Shown: positions 10,798-20,369 of the stretch, piece by piece
How positions within the stretch are numbered: the stretch's first letter is position 1
Layout: each line of letters starts with the position of its first letter
NCBI GenBank assembly: GCA_963764625.1
Contig: CAVXTH010000005.1
Coordinates: 288,001-352,000 of the forward strand
Source: Candidatus Krumholzibacteriota bacterium
Lineage (GTDB): Bacteria > Krumholzibacteriota > Krumholzibacteriia > JAJRXK01
Direction: 5' to 3'
Length of the DNA stretch: 64,000 nt
Program-made: the position numbers and the translations under genes
The notes under the pieces: model-generated
Seen by the model: only the letters and a program-made list of their open reading frames with translations
What the model was told of the DNA's origin: nothing
The model's database searches: none

Positions 10798-11868
10798 TCA
10801 CGGACTGTCCCGCTCTTGCTCGGAGTCATCCTCCGCATCCATCTCGGACAGGCGGCGTCGATTGCGGTAGACGGTGCGCGCATAGCCCGCGAGAAAGAGA
10901 AGCGTCATCAGCCCAAAGAGCGAAGCCACCTGCGAGACGGCGGCGATCCACCCGTAACGGGAGTCGAGGCTCTCGTCGAAGGAGAGCGCGAACGCGTGCA
11001 CGGTGGAACCGGTGAGGCGCAGAAAGGCCTCATCGAAACGCTCGCCCCCCGCAACCGCGTCGACCAGCGCCCGCCAGCCCCCCTGGTCGCGGAGACGATC
11101 CTCCAGAGAGAGAACGGCGGAAAGACTCAACGCATAGGCCTGCCGAGCGGCGAGTCCTCCGCGGGGAAACGCGACTTCGATGCGCTCCAACGCGGGTAAT
11201 TCGTTCGACACCGCCCCGCGCACCAGAGCGTAGGTATCCAGCCAACGCCACTCGCCCGACTGCGCCTGCGCCACGCCCTCGACGAACCAGCGCGGGAGAG
11301 ACACGTTCGCGCCGACCCTCTGTCCGAGATACGCGTGGGAGAGCTCGTGCCGCAGGATTTCGGGGAGGCCCTTGGCTCCGGTGGCTACCGCGTCCGCATC
11401 CAAAACGATGGGACCTGCGGGCCAGTTGGTGAACCCCACTCCCCACTCGGGAATCAGGCCGTTGGCCCAAGGACGGAACGTACCGCCACTCAACACGACG
11501 ATCTCCACCGATCGCGGCGCGCGCAGCCCCAGCTCCGCTGCAATCGGAGGGGCAATTTTGGGCCAGAGTTCGACGATGCCGTCGACCATTTTGCCCAGGC
11601 CCTTCTCGGCCCGAATGTTGACCGGTGGAGGTCCGCTGACCCGGTGCAGTGGGGTGCGATCCCCTTGCCCCCACGCGCTGACCACCGAAGAGAGCGCCAG
11701 GAGAGCTGAAACGAATCCGATTCGCAGAGGACCTCGAACCCTGGCACCAACGCGCGCGGGCGCGGCGACCGATCGCAAGGACGCAATCACGCGCGAGCCA
11801 CCAGTCAGCCTTGACTCGAGGATGCGGCGCCGACCGCGGTCCGTAGGAAGTGCAGGATTTCGCGCCAA
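10798..11868 (-). CDS. Peptidase MA-like metallopeptidase with C-terminal TM helix
   Basis: RHELSH (HExxH) and PRWFVEGVA; true start probably downstream of 11868. Confidence 0.85.
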   Translation of the reverse strand: MARNPALPTDRGRRRILESRLTGGSRVIASLRSVAAPARVGARVRGPLRIGFVSALLALSSVVSAWGQGDRTPLHRVSGPPPVNIRAEKGLGKMVDGIVELWPKIAPPIAAELGLRAPRSVEIVVLSGGTFRPWANGLIPEWGVGFTNWPAGPIVLDADAVATGAKGLPEILRHELSHAYLGQRVGANVSLPRWFVEGVAQAQSGEWRWLDTYALVRGAVSNELPALERIEVAFPRGGLAARQAYALSLSAVLSLEDRLRDQGGWRALVDAVAGGERFDEAFLRLTGSTVHAFALSFDESLDSRYGWIAAVSQVASLFGLMTLLFLAGYARTVYRNRRRLSEMDAEDDSEQERDSP

Positions 11869-12812
11869 GCTTTCTCCGATGCCGCCAGCTCCTCTTGGGA
11901 ATGGAGTGCTGGATCATCCCAGAAGAGGAACCCGTGCGCCCCCTCCGGATACACGCGCAAGAGGTCCTGCGTGCGGCCGGCTTTGTCCAGGGCCGCCTTC
12001 ATGGTCCGCGCCTGGTCCTGGGGAACGATGCGGTCCTTTCCCCCTTGCACCAACATGATGGGCGCGGGACCGAGTTGATCGATCAAACTGAGCGCCTGTC
12101 TTTTCGCGAACGCTTCGGGCTTGTCCTGCGGGCCGGTTCCGTAGACGCGAACGCTGAGGGAGTCACTCGTATCGAAGTCGTTGTCGAGGAGGTACTGATA
12201 CCAGGAGTAGATGTCCATCACGCCGTAGGCCGCCACGACACCGTGCAGGAGTTTCTTGCCCAGAGGACGCGCCGCGACTTTGACCGAGATGAGAGCGCCA
12301 TGGCTGGTTCCCAGCATGACGAACTTTCCCGGATCCACGCCCGGATGAGTTTCCAGCAGCTTCATCGCGGCCAAGACGTCGTCGACCTCCCCTTCGGCGA
12401 CTTCCACCCGCCCCTGGCTGCCATCCTCACCCCGGTAACTGGGAGCGAACACCAGAAAGCCCTGCTTGGCGAGCCAGCGACACTTGGCCTTCACCGCCTC
12501 GGAAACCCCATTCACCCCGCCGTGATTGAAGATGAGACAGGGCTCGACCTCGAGTTGGCTGTAGGGAGCGATGAAGAGATAGCCGGTCACGCGCAGCTCG
12601 TCGCTGGCATAGCCCAGATACGCTTCCTCCACGCTGTCGGTCATGGCGTGAGAGAGAAGCGAGAAGCCTTCCTCGACAGGAGCGCTCGAGCCGGGCCGGT
12701 GTTTCTTGCCCTGCTCCACCTTGCACGCGAAGAGGGACAGGACGAAGAGAAGGAAGATCCAGCGCCTCGCGAGCTGGCGCGTTTTGCGGGCGGGAATCGA
12801 CCGGTCTTCCAT
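11805..12812 (-). CDS. Alpha/beta hydrolase (prolyl oligopeptidase-like) lipoprotein
   Basis: Lipobox LFAC; NHGG, GTSHG nucleophile, GGKDRIV, GAHGF; GAGGAG RBS. Confidence 0.88.
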   Translation of the reverse strand: MEDRSIPARKTRQLARRWIFLLFVLSLFACKVEQGKKHRPGSSAPVEEGFSLLSHAMTDSVEEAYLGYASDELRVTGYLFIAPYSQLEVEPCLIFNHGGVNGVSEAVKAKCRWLAKQGFLVFAPSYRGEDGSQGRVEVAEGEVDDVLAAMKLLETHPGVDPGKFVMLGTSHGALISVKVAARPLGKKLLHGVVAAYGVMDIYSWYQYLLDNDFDTSDSLSVRVYGTGPQDKPEAFAKRQALSLIDQLGPAPIMLVQGGKDRIVPQDQARTMKAALDKAGRTQDLLRVYPEGAHGFLFWDDPALHSQEELAASEKAWREILHFLRTAVGAASSSQG

Positions 12813-13153
12813 TCTGACTCTCTCCTCTTTTGGCCGCGCGGAGCCACGAGCTGCTTCCTCATGGTTCATGAGGTGGAAAATCATACTCCAGATGGCGTTT
12901 CCTCTCCACGGAAGGAACGAAACTCCCGTTGTGGACGGTACCGCACAGAGGCTCGGAATCCGCCCTAAGAGCACGGGTTGAGCGCAGGGTCGAGAAACCG
13001 GCGAGCTACTTGCTTCTTGGGATCAGATCGAGTCGGTCGCACACTCCTTTCGATCGAGCTTCGGAGGAAGCGTGCGTCGCGGCTCCTCTCGTCCATCGTC
13101 GGCTCACGAGCCGCAAGTACGTGTCGAAAGCACAGCCTTGAAAGTGGCTCATC

Positions 13154-14527
13154 ATGCGCCAAAGTCTATTCGTCTTCCTGGCATTTCTCTTCTTGCTCGC
13201 GCCGAGCACGGCGTCCGCGCAGGGTTATGATGCCCGGAGCATGGCCATGGGTGGGGTGAATCTCGATCAGGGCTCTGGACGTCTGGCCCGCATCAATCCA
13301 GCGTACCGTGCCGTTCCACCGCGCGTCTCGAAGAAGACCACCTCGATTCCGGTGCCAATCGGAGTCATCCAGTTCATCAAGTACTTCCCCGAGCTCGATC
13401 CCGATAGCGAGGACTTCAGCGCCATCGGCATCATCAATTTCATCTCGAACATCCCCTGGGCCTGGGAGTTCCAGCAGCCACGCGATCCCAGCGAGGGAAT
13501 CGAGATTTGGCTGGGCCAAGACCAGCTCGCGTTCGACCTGAAGGATGCGCGGGAAATCATTCCACGTGACGGTTACACCATGGGTAGCATGAGCAGTCCG
13601 GTCGATCTCGGCTTCAACTTTGGGCTGGGGGAAAAGGCGGGGCTTTTGCACCTGAGTCTCATGCGGCCGTTTCTGCAAACTCAGATCGATTTCACGATGG
13701 ACGACAAGCTGGTGGGAATCCTCGCCGATGCTCAGCCGGTCACGCCGTCTACCGACTACACCGCGAGTGCGAATGCACTCATGCAGGCCGGATTCAGCAG
13801 TGGTCTCGCCTGGGCGGTACCCTTGCATGAAGAGGGCAACGGTGGCACCGACGGAGAGGGCGGCGGTCTCTGGTTCGGCGCGGGCTACCGGCACTATTTC
13901 GGCGGGGGCTACGTACAGCTCGACGGAGATTTGGGTCTGCGCAGCGGTGACCCCATCTTTTCCACCGCCGGCACCGACACTTTCGACGCCACCTTCAAGG
14001 CCGACTACCAGCGCGCCTGGCCCAACAGCGTGAGCAGCGTGGGCTACGGGAACGCCATCGACCTGGGAGCGGTGTGGCGCTCGGGGAGACTGGAACTCGG
14101 AGCCGGCGTGGCGGACATCTTCGCGAACCTCACCTGGAAGAACACGCAACTCGATCACTCGTATCTCGATCCGGACTTCAATGAGGTCGTCACCGAAAAC
14201 GTCGCGGAACACTTCGTGAGCACCACGGAGATTCCCGTGAGCTGGATGACCAATGCGAGCTGGTTGGGCGATTCCTATCTGCTGGCCGCGAGCGTGGTGC
14301 AGCAACCCGGCGGGCTGAGTCTTCACGGAGGGGCCGAGGTCTGGGTCAACCCCTGGCTGGCGCTTCGAGGAGGACTCTCGCGCGATCAACGCAGCCGTTT
14401 GCAGGCCGGCTGGGGAGCGGGATTCCGCATGGGCCCCTGGGGAATCGACGCCGGATTCCAGACGCACAACCTCGGCCTGACCGATGCCCGCGGCGTCTCG
14501 CTGGGCCTCGCGGTCACGCTTTACTAG
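13154..14527 (+). CDS. Outer-membrane beta-barrel protein (FadL/PorV/TraF-like)
   Basis: Signal peptide, DARSMAMGG, amphipathic strands, terminal Tyr. Confidence 0.75.
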   Translation: MRQSLFVFLAFLFLLAPSTASAQGYDARSMAMGGVNLDQGSGRLARINPAYRAVPPRVSKKTTSIPVPIGVIQFIKYFPELDPDSEDFSAIGIINFISNIPWAWEFQQPRDPSEGIEIWLGQDQLAFDLKDAREIIPRDGYTMGSMSSPVDLGFNFGLGEKAGLLHLSLMRPFLQTQIDFTMDDKLVGILADAQPVTPSTDYTASANALMQAGFSSGLAWAVPLHEEGNGGTDGEGGGLWFGAGYRHYFGGGYVQLDGDLGLRSGDPIFSTAGTDTFDATFKADYQRAWPNSVSSVGYGNAIDLGAVWRSGRLELGAGVADIFANLTWKNTQLDHSYLDPDFNEVVTENVAEHFVSTTEIPVSWMTNASWLGDSYLLAASVVQQPGGLSLHGGAEVWVNPWLALRGGLSRDQRSRLQAGWGAGFRMGPWGIDAGFQTHNLGLTDARGVSLGLAVTLY

Positions 14528-14529
14528 GG

Positions 14530-15138
14530 ATGCGCGCCATGAAAAAACCGATTCATCACCGTCCCAAGCTCTCGCGCGCGCTCCTCGCCTGCGCCGCCAT
14601 CCTGCTTACGGCGTGTGCCGGCGGGACCATCATTCTCAATCTCGACATTCTCAGCTTCATTCCCGAGCAGGATTTGAACACGAGTTACTCGGCAACCGTT
14701 CCGGGAACCGGAACCTGGATCCCGGTAGTGGGCCTGATTCCCCCCACCAAGATCGATCTCCTCGAGGGTTTGGGAACCGCGGCCCTCATGCAGGAAGGGA
14801 CCCTCCATCTCGAGGGTGAGTTCGACAATCAGAGTGGACAGGCCGATGTGCGGCTCGATCTCTTCCTGGGAGCCACCGCGGCTGGCGCCACCGCGAGCAT
14901 GACCCCGGTCATGAGCATCCCGGTCTCGGTGCAGGACCAGACCGTGACTCCCGTGAGCGGAAGCACCCAGCTCGACCAGGCCACCCTCGACCTCTTCAGC
15001 GGCAACGAAATCTGGCTCCGCGTGGATGTCTACGCGCGGGTGCCGGGCGGCCCCAGTCTCGTGAACCTCTCCGGCACCGCAAGTCTCACCGAGCTGAACG
15101 CACGCCTGCTCGCCAAGGAAGATCTGATCCGGCAGTAG
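14530..15138 (+). CDS. Hypothetical lipoprotein
   Basis: Lipobox LTAC; beta-rich; starts 2 nt after the barrel gene. Confidence 0.7.
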   Translation: MRAMKKPIHHRPKLSRALLACAAILLTACAGGTIILNLDILSFIPEQDLNTSYSATVPGTGTWIPVVGLIPPTKIDLLEGLGTAALMQEGTLHLEGEFDNQSGQADVRLDLFLGATAAGATASMTPVMSIPVSVQDQTVTPVSGSTQLDQATLDLFSGNEIWLRVDVYARVPGGPSLVNLSGTASLTELNARLLAKEDLIRQ

Positions 15139-15145
15139 GAAGCAT

Positions 15146-15338
15146 GAGGGGACGTGAGTCGCATCAGGATCCGCCTTCTCGGCCAAGGGGGAGGTCCCAG
15201 TCCCCCATTCGACCAGCGGAACCCCATCGAGTACGACCTAGGGCCTCACCACGCCCAGCGAGCTTCCCCAGGCGAGCTACCGGCGGCGCCCGTGTGCCAG
15301 CCTGCTCGTGACCCGATGCCGCGAACTCACATCCCCTC
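15146..15338 (-). ncRNA. Candidate structured non-coding RNA (~193 nt), family unassigned
   Basis: Ends pair (GAGGGGAUGUGAGU/ACUCACGUCCCCUC; GCAUCGGG/CCUGAUGC), two internal arms, G-U pairs favour the minus strand. Confidence 0.5.
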
Positions 15339-15376
15339 GGGGCTCAAGAGCCTGACATTCAAGGTTTCGTGGCTAT

Positions 15377-15413
15377 CAAGAGAAGGCCGGGACCCTGTCT
15401 TCAGGATCCCGGC
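15377..15413 (-). terminator. Probable intrinsic terminator after the ECF/anti-sigma/DUF4252 operon
   Basis: 12-bp stem GCCGGGATCCTG/CAGGGTCCCGGC followed by CTTCTCTT. Confidence 0.6.
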
Positions 15414-15503
15414 TTCGTTAGTTTAGTACTTTCGAAGTCCTTTTTCCAGAGCTTCGGGGTCCCTCGCGGGAAAAAAGGCCCCCTGCGCTCAAAGGGATCT
15501 CGC

Positions 15504-16169
15504 CTACTTGTCCGTGTCCTTGGCGCCCTTCAGGTCCTTGGCGTCGAGCTGCTCGAGCATGGGAAGGTCGAAGTGCTTGCCCAGCTTGCTGAGCTGCGCG
15601 AAGTCGATACTTCCCACCACGTTCACGAACACCGCTTCCAGTCCGTCGCCGTCTTCATAGTGGATTTCGCTATCCTTGTCGCCCATTCCCAGAAGCGCGA
15701 CGCCATTGAGCAGGGGCGCCCCCTTCGTTCCCCCCTTCTCGTCGAGCTTCACCATGATGTTCCAGGTCTCGCCTTCCTTCCTCACCTTCACCACTGAGTT
15801 CCAACCCTCGGCAGCCAACTTAGTTCCAATCTCTTCGAGGCTCGCCGAGAGGGCCTTCCCCTCGCTGATCGGGTAGGAGAAGACGTTGACCTGTAGGAGC
15901 TTCAGCCCCCCCAGCATCTCCGCCATCTGGGGATCGTCCTCCACCACGGCCCAACGAGCCAGGCTGAGCAAGGGCTGGGTGAGGGAGATCTCCACCACGC
16001 TCTTCCCCTGGTCGAAGGACTTGAAGCGTCCGAGATCGATGTAGCCGGGTTCGCCCGAGAGGTTGTTCTGGTTCGATCCGGCATACGCCACGGGGGCGAG
16101 AAAAACCACGATCGCCAGAGCGAGAAGACATTTACGCATGACATGCTCTCCGATGGTTGTGGCGGCCAT
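15504..16169 (-). CDS. DUF4252 family exported protein
   Basis: Signal peptide; VEISLTQPLL, GWNSVVKVR, VFVNVVGSID; typical ECF/anti-sigma/DUF4252 context. Confidence 0.85.
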   Translation of the reverse strand: MAATTIGEHVMRKCLLALAIVVFLAPVAYAGSNQNNLSGEPGYIDLGRFKSFDQGKSVVEISLTQPLLSLARWAVVEDDPQMAEMLGGLKLLQVNVFSYPISEGKALSASLEEIGTKLAAEGWNSVVKVRKEGETWNIMVKLDEKGGTKGAPLLNGVALLGMGDKDSEIHYEDGDGLEAVFVNVVGSIDFAQLSKLGKHFDLPMLEQLDAKDLKGAKDTDK

Positions 16170-16172
16170 GGA

Positions 16173-16730
16173 TCAGCCGCCGTTGCTGGAATTCGTAACA
16201 CCAGGCGCGGGCGATACGCCTGAAGCTTCGAGTCCCATTCTCATGGTATCGGCAACGCGTTTACGGGTTTCGTTTCGCAGAACGCGCTCCGTCGAATGCA
16301 TGGCCATCCCCATGAGGGTCAAGGCCGTGCGAACATCCTCGGCTGCCGCACAGAGCGTCGTATCGTCGTACGCAATTTGCGCGCGATCCGTGGCTTTGAG
16401 GCGCCGGAAAATCTCTTGCAGATCCAGCTCACAGGGCGTGGACGTAGTATCGGACGGGGCGATGGCCACTCGAGTGGCTTCATCCGTGGGTAGATTGGAA
16501 GGCTCTTGGGGCGCGAGACGAAACAGCACGAAGAGAATCAAGACGAGTGCCGCGGCGGGAAGGATTACGGGCCGCAGACGCAGGAATGCCCACCACTGTC
16601 GAACGCGAGAAATCTCTCCCTGCGGCTCGGCATCGACTCTGGCCATGATGCGGTCGACCAGTTCCTCGGGACACCGAGGCGGCTCGTAGTCGCGCAGGCT
16701 TTCCTTGAAGAACTTCTCGTCGCCGTTCAC
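16173..16730 (-). CDS. Putative membrane anti-sigma factor
   Basis: PRCPEELVDRIMARV, one TM helix; overlaps the sigma stop codon. Confidence 0.75.
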   Translation of the reverse strand: MNGDEKFFKESLRDYEPPRCPEELVDRIMARVDAEPQGEISRVRQWWAFLRLRPVILPAAALVLILFVLFRLAPQEPSNLPTDEATRVAIAPSDTTSTPCELDLQEIFRRLKATDRAQIAYDDTTLCAAAEDVRTALTLMGMAMHSTERVLRNETRKRVADTMRMGLEASGVSPAPGVTNSSNGG

Positions 16731-17302
16731 GCCTGCGCCTCCTTGGGCTCTTCGAACATTTGCCGTACTCTCTTGCGTGCGCGATGGAGACTTACTTTCA
16801 CCGCGGAAAGCGAGAGCTCCGTCACCGAGGCGATCTCCTCGTAGCTGAACCCCTGTAGCTCTCGCAAGATGATGATCGAGCGTTGGGGTTCGTTCAATTT
16901 TTGCATCGCGCGCACGATACGACGCACCTCGCTTTGGTCCTCGATCTCGCGGGCGCCGGCCCCCTCATCGCTGAGGTCGAACGAAAGCTCTCGCCCTGAA
17001 CCCCCATCGAACTCCCGAGGCGAGCCGACGCCCAGGCTGATCTGGCTGGGGTCAGCCTGGTGACGCCGGCGAACCTTGCGCCTCCGTAGGCGGTCCAGGC
17101 AGGCATTCCGGCAGACCCTCAGCAACCACGCCGGCCGTGACTCCGCCTCGACCTCATCCCCTCTCCGCCAGAGCTTCAGAAAGACGTCCTGCACCACATC
17201 CTGCGCGTCTTCGTTCGAGTTGAGCAGATGCACCGCCAGTCCAAAGACGGCGTCCTTCTGCTCTCGCAGGAGACGGTTGAATACGGGGCGATCCATCTTC
17301 AT
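16727..17302 (-). CDS. ECF RNA polymerase sigma factor
   Basis: DAQDVVQDVFLKLW, WLLRVCRNACLD, GFSYEEIA..VKVSLHRAR; start placed downstream of the ECF-type promoter. Confidence 0.95.
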   Translation of the reverse strand: MKMDRPVFNRLLREQKDAVFGLAVHLLNSNEDAQDVVQDVFLKLWRRGDEVEAESRPAWLLRVCRNACLDRLRRRKVRRRHQADPSQISLGVGSPREFDGGSGRELSFDLSDEGAGAREIEDQSEVRRIVRAMQKLNEPQRSIIILRELQGFSYEEIASVTELSLSAVKVSLHRARKRVRQMFEEPKEAQA

Positions 17303-17317
17303 CTGCCATTCATTAAC

Positions 17318-17345
17318 TAGACGCGCCAGCCCGCAGGGGGTTACA
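17318..17345 (-). promoter_or_regulatory. ECF-type autoregulatory promoter TGTAAC-N16-CGTCTA
   Basis: Matches the AAC/CGT ECF consensus with a 16-nt spacer just upstream of the sigma gene. Confidence 0.7.
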
Positions 17346-17506
17346 GCCCTGCACCCGGGGTCCGGGCTCCTCAACCATCACTTTTCCCCGGAGACTGCCT
17401 CTGGTACTATCCCTGTCCCGGACGAGAAACGATCGCAGCCACTGCGTCCGATGGGTTCTTTGCTCGGGCCCGTTCCTGCAATCCGATCTCAGGCTTACGG
17501 AAAATC

Positions 17507-18488
17507 ATGGAACCGAGTTCTCAAGAAGCGTTCGAATTTCTCGACTTGGAGCCTCAATCGTCCGATTTACTCGACGATGCGCTCAACGGGCTCTCCTCCA
17601 CCCCAAAGTACCTGCCGTGCAAGTACTTCTATGATGAGCGGGGGAGCCAGCTCTTCGAACAGATCAGTGAGCTGCCCCAATATTACCTCACCCGGAGCGA
17701 ACTCGAAGTCATGAGGAATTCCTCGGCCACCATCGCCGAGCACCTGGGGCCTGGTTGCATGGTCATCGAGCTCGGCAGTGGCAACAGCCTGAAGACCCGC
17801 TGTCTTCTCAACGAGCTGCGAGCTCCGGCGGCCTACGTACCGGTGGAGATCAGCCGCAACGCCCTGCGCCAATCGTGCGCCCGCCTGCATCAGGAGTATC
17901 CCAAGCTGGAGCTTCTTCCGGTGTGCGTGGATTTCACTAAGCCCTTTCCTTTGCCCACCCCCAGGGTCGAACCGCGTCGAAAGGTGATCTACTTTCCGGG
18001 GTCAACGATCGGAAATTTCACCCCCAAGCAGGTCATCCCACTGTTGGAAATCATGGTGAGCGCTCTGGGAAGGGGCGGAGCCCTGGTCCTGGGGATCGAC
18101 CTCAAGAAAGACCCGCGAGTTCTCCATCGGGCCTACAACGATGCCCGTGGCATCACCGCCGCGTTCAACTTGAACTTGCTGGTTCGTCTCAACCGCGAGC
18201 TCGGAGCCGACTTTGAGCTCGATTGTTTTCGACACTATGCCTTTTACAATCCGCCCAAGAGCCGCATCGAAATGCACCTCGTTTCTACCCGCGACCAGAG
18301 TGTGATGAGTACAAGGGGAACAATTCGATTTCGGACGCGGTGAGAGCATTCGTACCGAGTACTCATACAAGTACGATCCGGTTTCGTTTGCTGAGTTGGC
18401 GCGCGACACCGGCTTTCGAATGGTCGACCACTGGACCGATCGCCACCGGCACTTCGGAGTACTCCAACTCGAGGTGGCCGACGACTGA
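17507..18488 (+). CDS. egtD: L-histidine N-alpha-methyltransferase; frameshifted near 18305-18340
   Basis: KYFYDERGSQLFEQISELPQYYLTR, ELGSG, FPGSTIGNF, AYND..G.TAAFN.N; C-terminus GESIRTEYSYKY..WTD in another frame. Confidence 0.92.
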
Positions 18489-18509
18489 CCCCTGGAAGGA
18501 TCCACAAAC

Positions 18510-20357
18510 ATGATGATCACTCCGCGCGACACCAAGAACGGGGGCGGTACGCTCAAGCGAGAAGACATCGATCCGCGCTATCAGTGGCGGCTCGAAGACA
18601 TTTACGAGAACTTCGACTCCTGGCGGGTGGACTTCAAGAAGCTCGAGGGCATGATTGACAAGATGATCGCTCTCAAGGGAAGTCTGAACCAAGGGTCGGG
18701 GTCCCTGCTCCAGGCGCTCCAACTCAATGACGAAATCGATCAGCTGGCCTATCGGGTCTACTACTTCGCGGCGCTGAAAGCGGACGAGGACGTCCGGCGC
18801 AACGATATCGACGCGATGCGGCAGGAGGTGAGCCTTTTATTCGCGCGCAGCGCCACCGCCACCGCCTGGTTCAATCCCGAGTTGATCTCGCTCGGCCAGG
18901 ACACCGTAAACTCGTGGATGGATGAGAACGAAGATCTCGCGCTCTATCGCTACGCGATGCGCCAGCTCTTTCGCCAGCAGGAGCACGTGCTGGACGAGGC
19001 GAGTGAGACTCTGCTCAGCTATGGCTCTTCGTTCAATTCTTCGCCGTCGGAGATCTATTCCATGCTCTCCACCGCTGACATTCGGTATCCAGTGCTGAAG
19101 CTGTCCACCGGAGAGGAAGTACAGCTCACCTATGGCCGGTACTACGCCATCTTATCCAAGCAGCGAAACCAGGAGGATCGAGCCAAGGCGTTTCACGGGC
19201 TCTACGAGACCTTTGCCGCCAACAGCAACACCTACGCCGCCCTTTACAACGCCATTTGTCAACGCGACTGGGCTCGCGCGCAGGCGCGCCGGTACGACTC
19301 CTGTCTGGAAGCGGTACTCCACGGCGACGCGATTCCCTCTTCGGTGGTGACGAACCTCATCGAGAGCACCAGAAAAGGCACAGCTCCCCTGCACCGGTAC
19401 TACGAATTGCGTAAGCGGGTATTGAATCTGAAGGAAATCCATCTCTATGACGGGACTCTGCCCCTGCTCGAGATCGACAAGCACTACGAATACGAAGCCG
19501 CGGTACAAGAGGTCTTGGCTTCGGTGGAACCTCTGGGAGAGAGTTACCATCGCCGCATGGAGGAGGCGTTTTCAAAACGCTGGATCGACGTGTTCGAAAA
19601 CGAGGGCAAGCGAACAGGAGCTTACTCGGCCGGCGTATACGGGGTGCACCCCTACGTGCTGTTGAACTTCAACCAGACCCTGGACAACATCTTCACCATT
19701 GCGCACGAGATGGGCCACACCATGCACACCGTGCTCGCCAACGAGAGCCAACCCTTCTGTTACTCCGATTACACCATCTTCGTGGCGGAAGTGGCGTCGA
19801 CTCTCAACGAACGGCTTCTCCTCGATCACATGCTCGCGCACACCGATGATTCCCGCGAGAGGATTCTCCTGCTGCAGCACGCGATCGATTCGATCGTGGG
19901 CACTTTCTACAGCCAGGTCCTCTTCGCCGCGTTCGAACTCGAGGCGCATCGCATCGTGGAGCGCGGCGAACCGGTGACAGCGGAAGTCCTGAACGAACTC
20001 TATTCCTCACTACAATCGGAATGGTACGGAAAGGGCGTTACGCTGGACGAACTGTACGCAACTACCTGGGCCCGCATTCCCCATCTCTATCGCAGTCCGT
20101 ACTACGTGTATCAATACGCCACCTGCTTCGCCTCTTCGGCGCAGATCTTCACCAGCATCAAGAGCGAAGCGGCGGACAAGCGCGAGGAAATCACCGCGCG
20201 CTATCTCGACTTGCTTCGCGCCGGTGGCAGTGATGATCCGATGGAGCTGTTGAAACGGGCGGGCGTCGATCTGAGTCGCGCCGAGCCGGTGCAGGCCGTG
20301 GTCGATCAGTTGGACGAATTGGTCCGTGGTCTGGAAGGCGAATTCGCCCAGCTCTGA
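18510..20357 (+). CDS. pepF: Oligoendopeptidase F (M3B)
   Basis: WRLEDIY, GKRTGAYS, HPYVLLN, HEMGH, FVAEVAST, WARIPH. Confidence 0.95.
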   Translation: MMITPRDTKNGGGTLKREDIDPRYQWRLEDIYENFDSWRVDFKKLEGMIDKMIALKGSLNQGSGSLLQALQLNDEIDQLAYRVYYFAALKADEDVRRNDIDAMRQEVSLLFARSATATAWFNPELISLGQDTVNSWMDENEDLALYRYAMRQLFRQQEHVLDEASETLLSYGSSFNSSPSEIYSMLSTADIRYPVLKLSTGEEVQLTYGRYYAILSKQRNQEDRAKAFHGLYETFAANSNTYAALYNAICQRDWARAQARRYDSCLEAVLHGDAIPSSVVTNLIESTRKGTAPLHRYYELRKRVLNLKEIHLYDGTLPLLEIDKHYEYEAAVQEVLASVEPLGESYHRRMEEAFSKRWIDVFENEGKRTGAYSAGVYGVHPYVLLNFNQTLDNIFTIAHEMGHTMHTVLANESQPFCYSDYTIFVAEVASTLNERLLLDHMLAHTDDSRERILLLQHAIDSIVGTFYSQVLFAAFELEAHRIVERGEPVTAEVLNELYSSLQSEWYGKGVTLDELYATTWARIPHLYRSPYYVYQYATCFASSAQIFTSIKSEAADKREEITARYLDLLRAGGSDDPMELLKRAGVDLSRAEPVQAVVDQLDELVRGLEGEFAQL

Positions 20358-20369
20358 GCTCAGCCGCCG

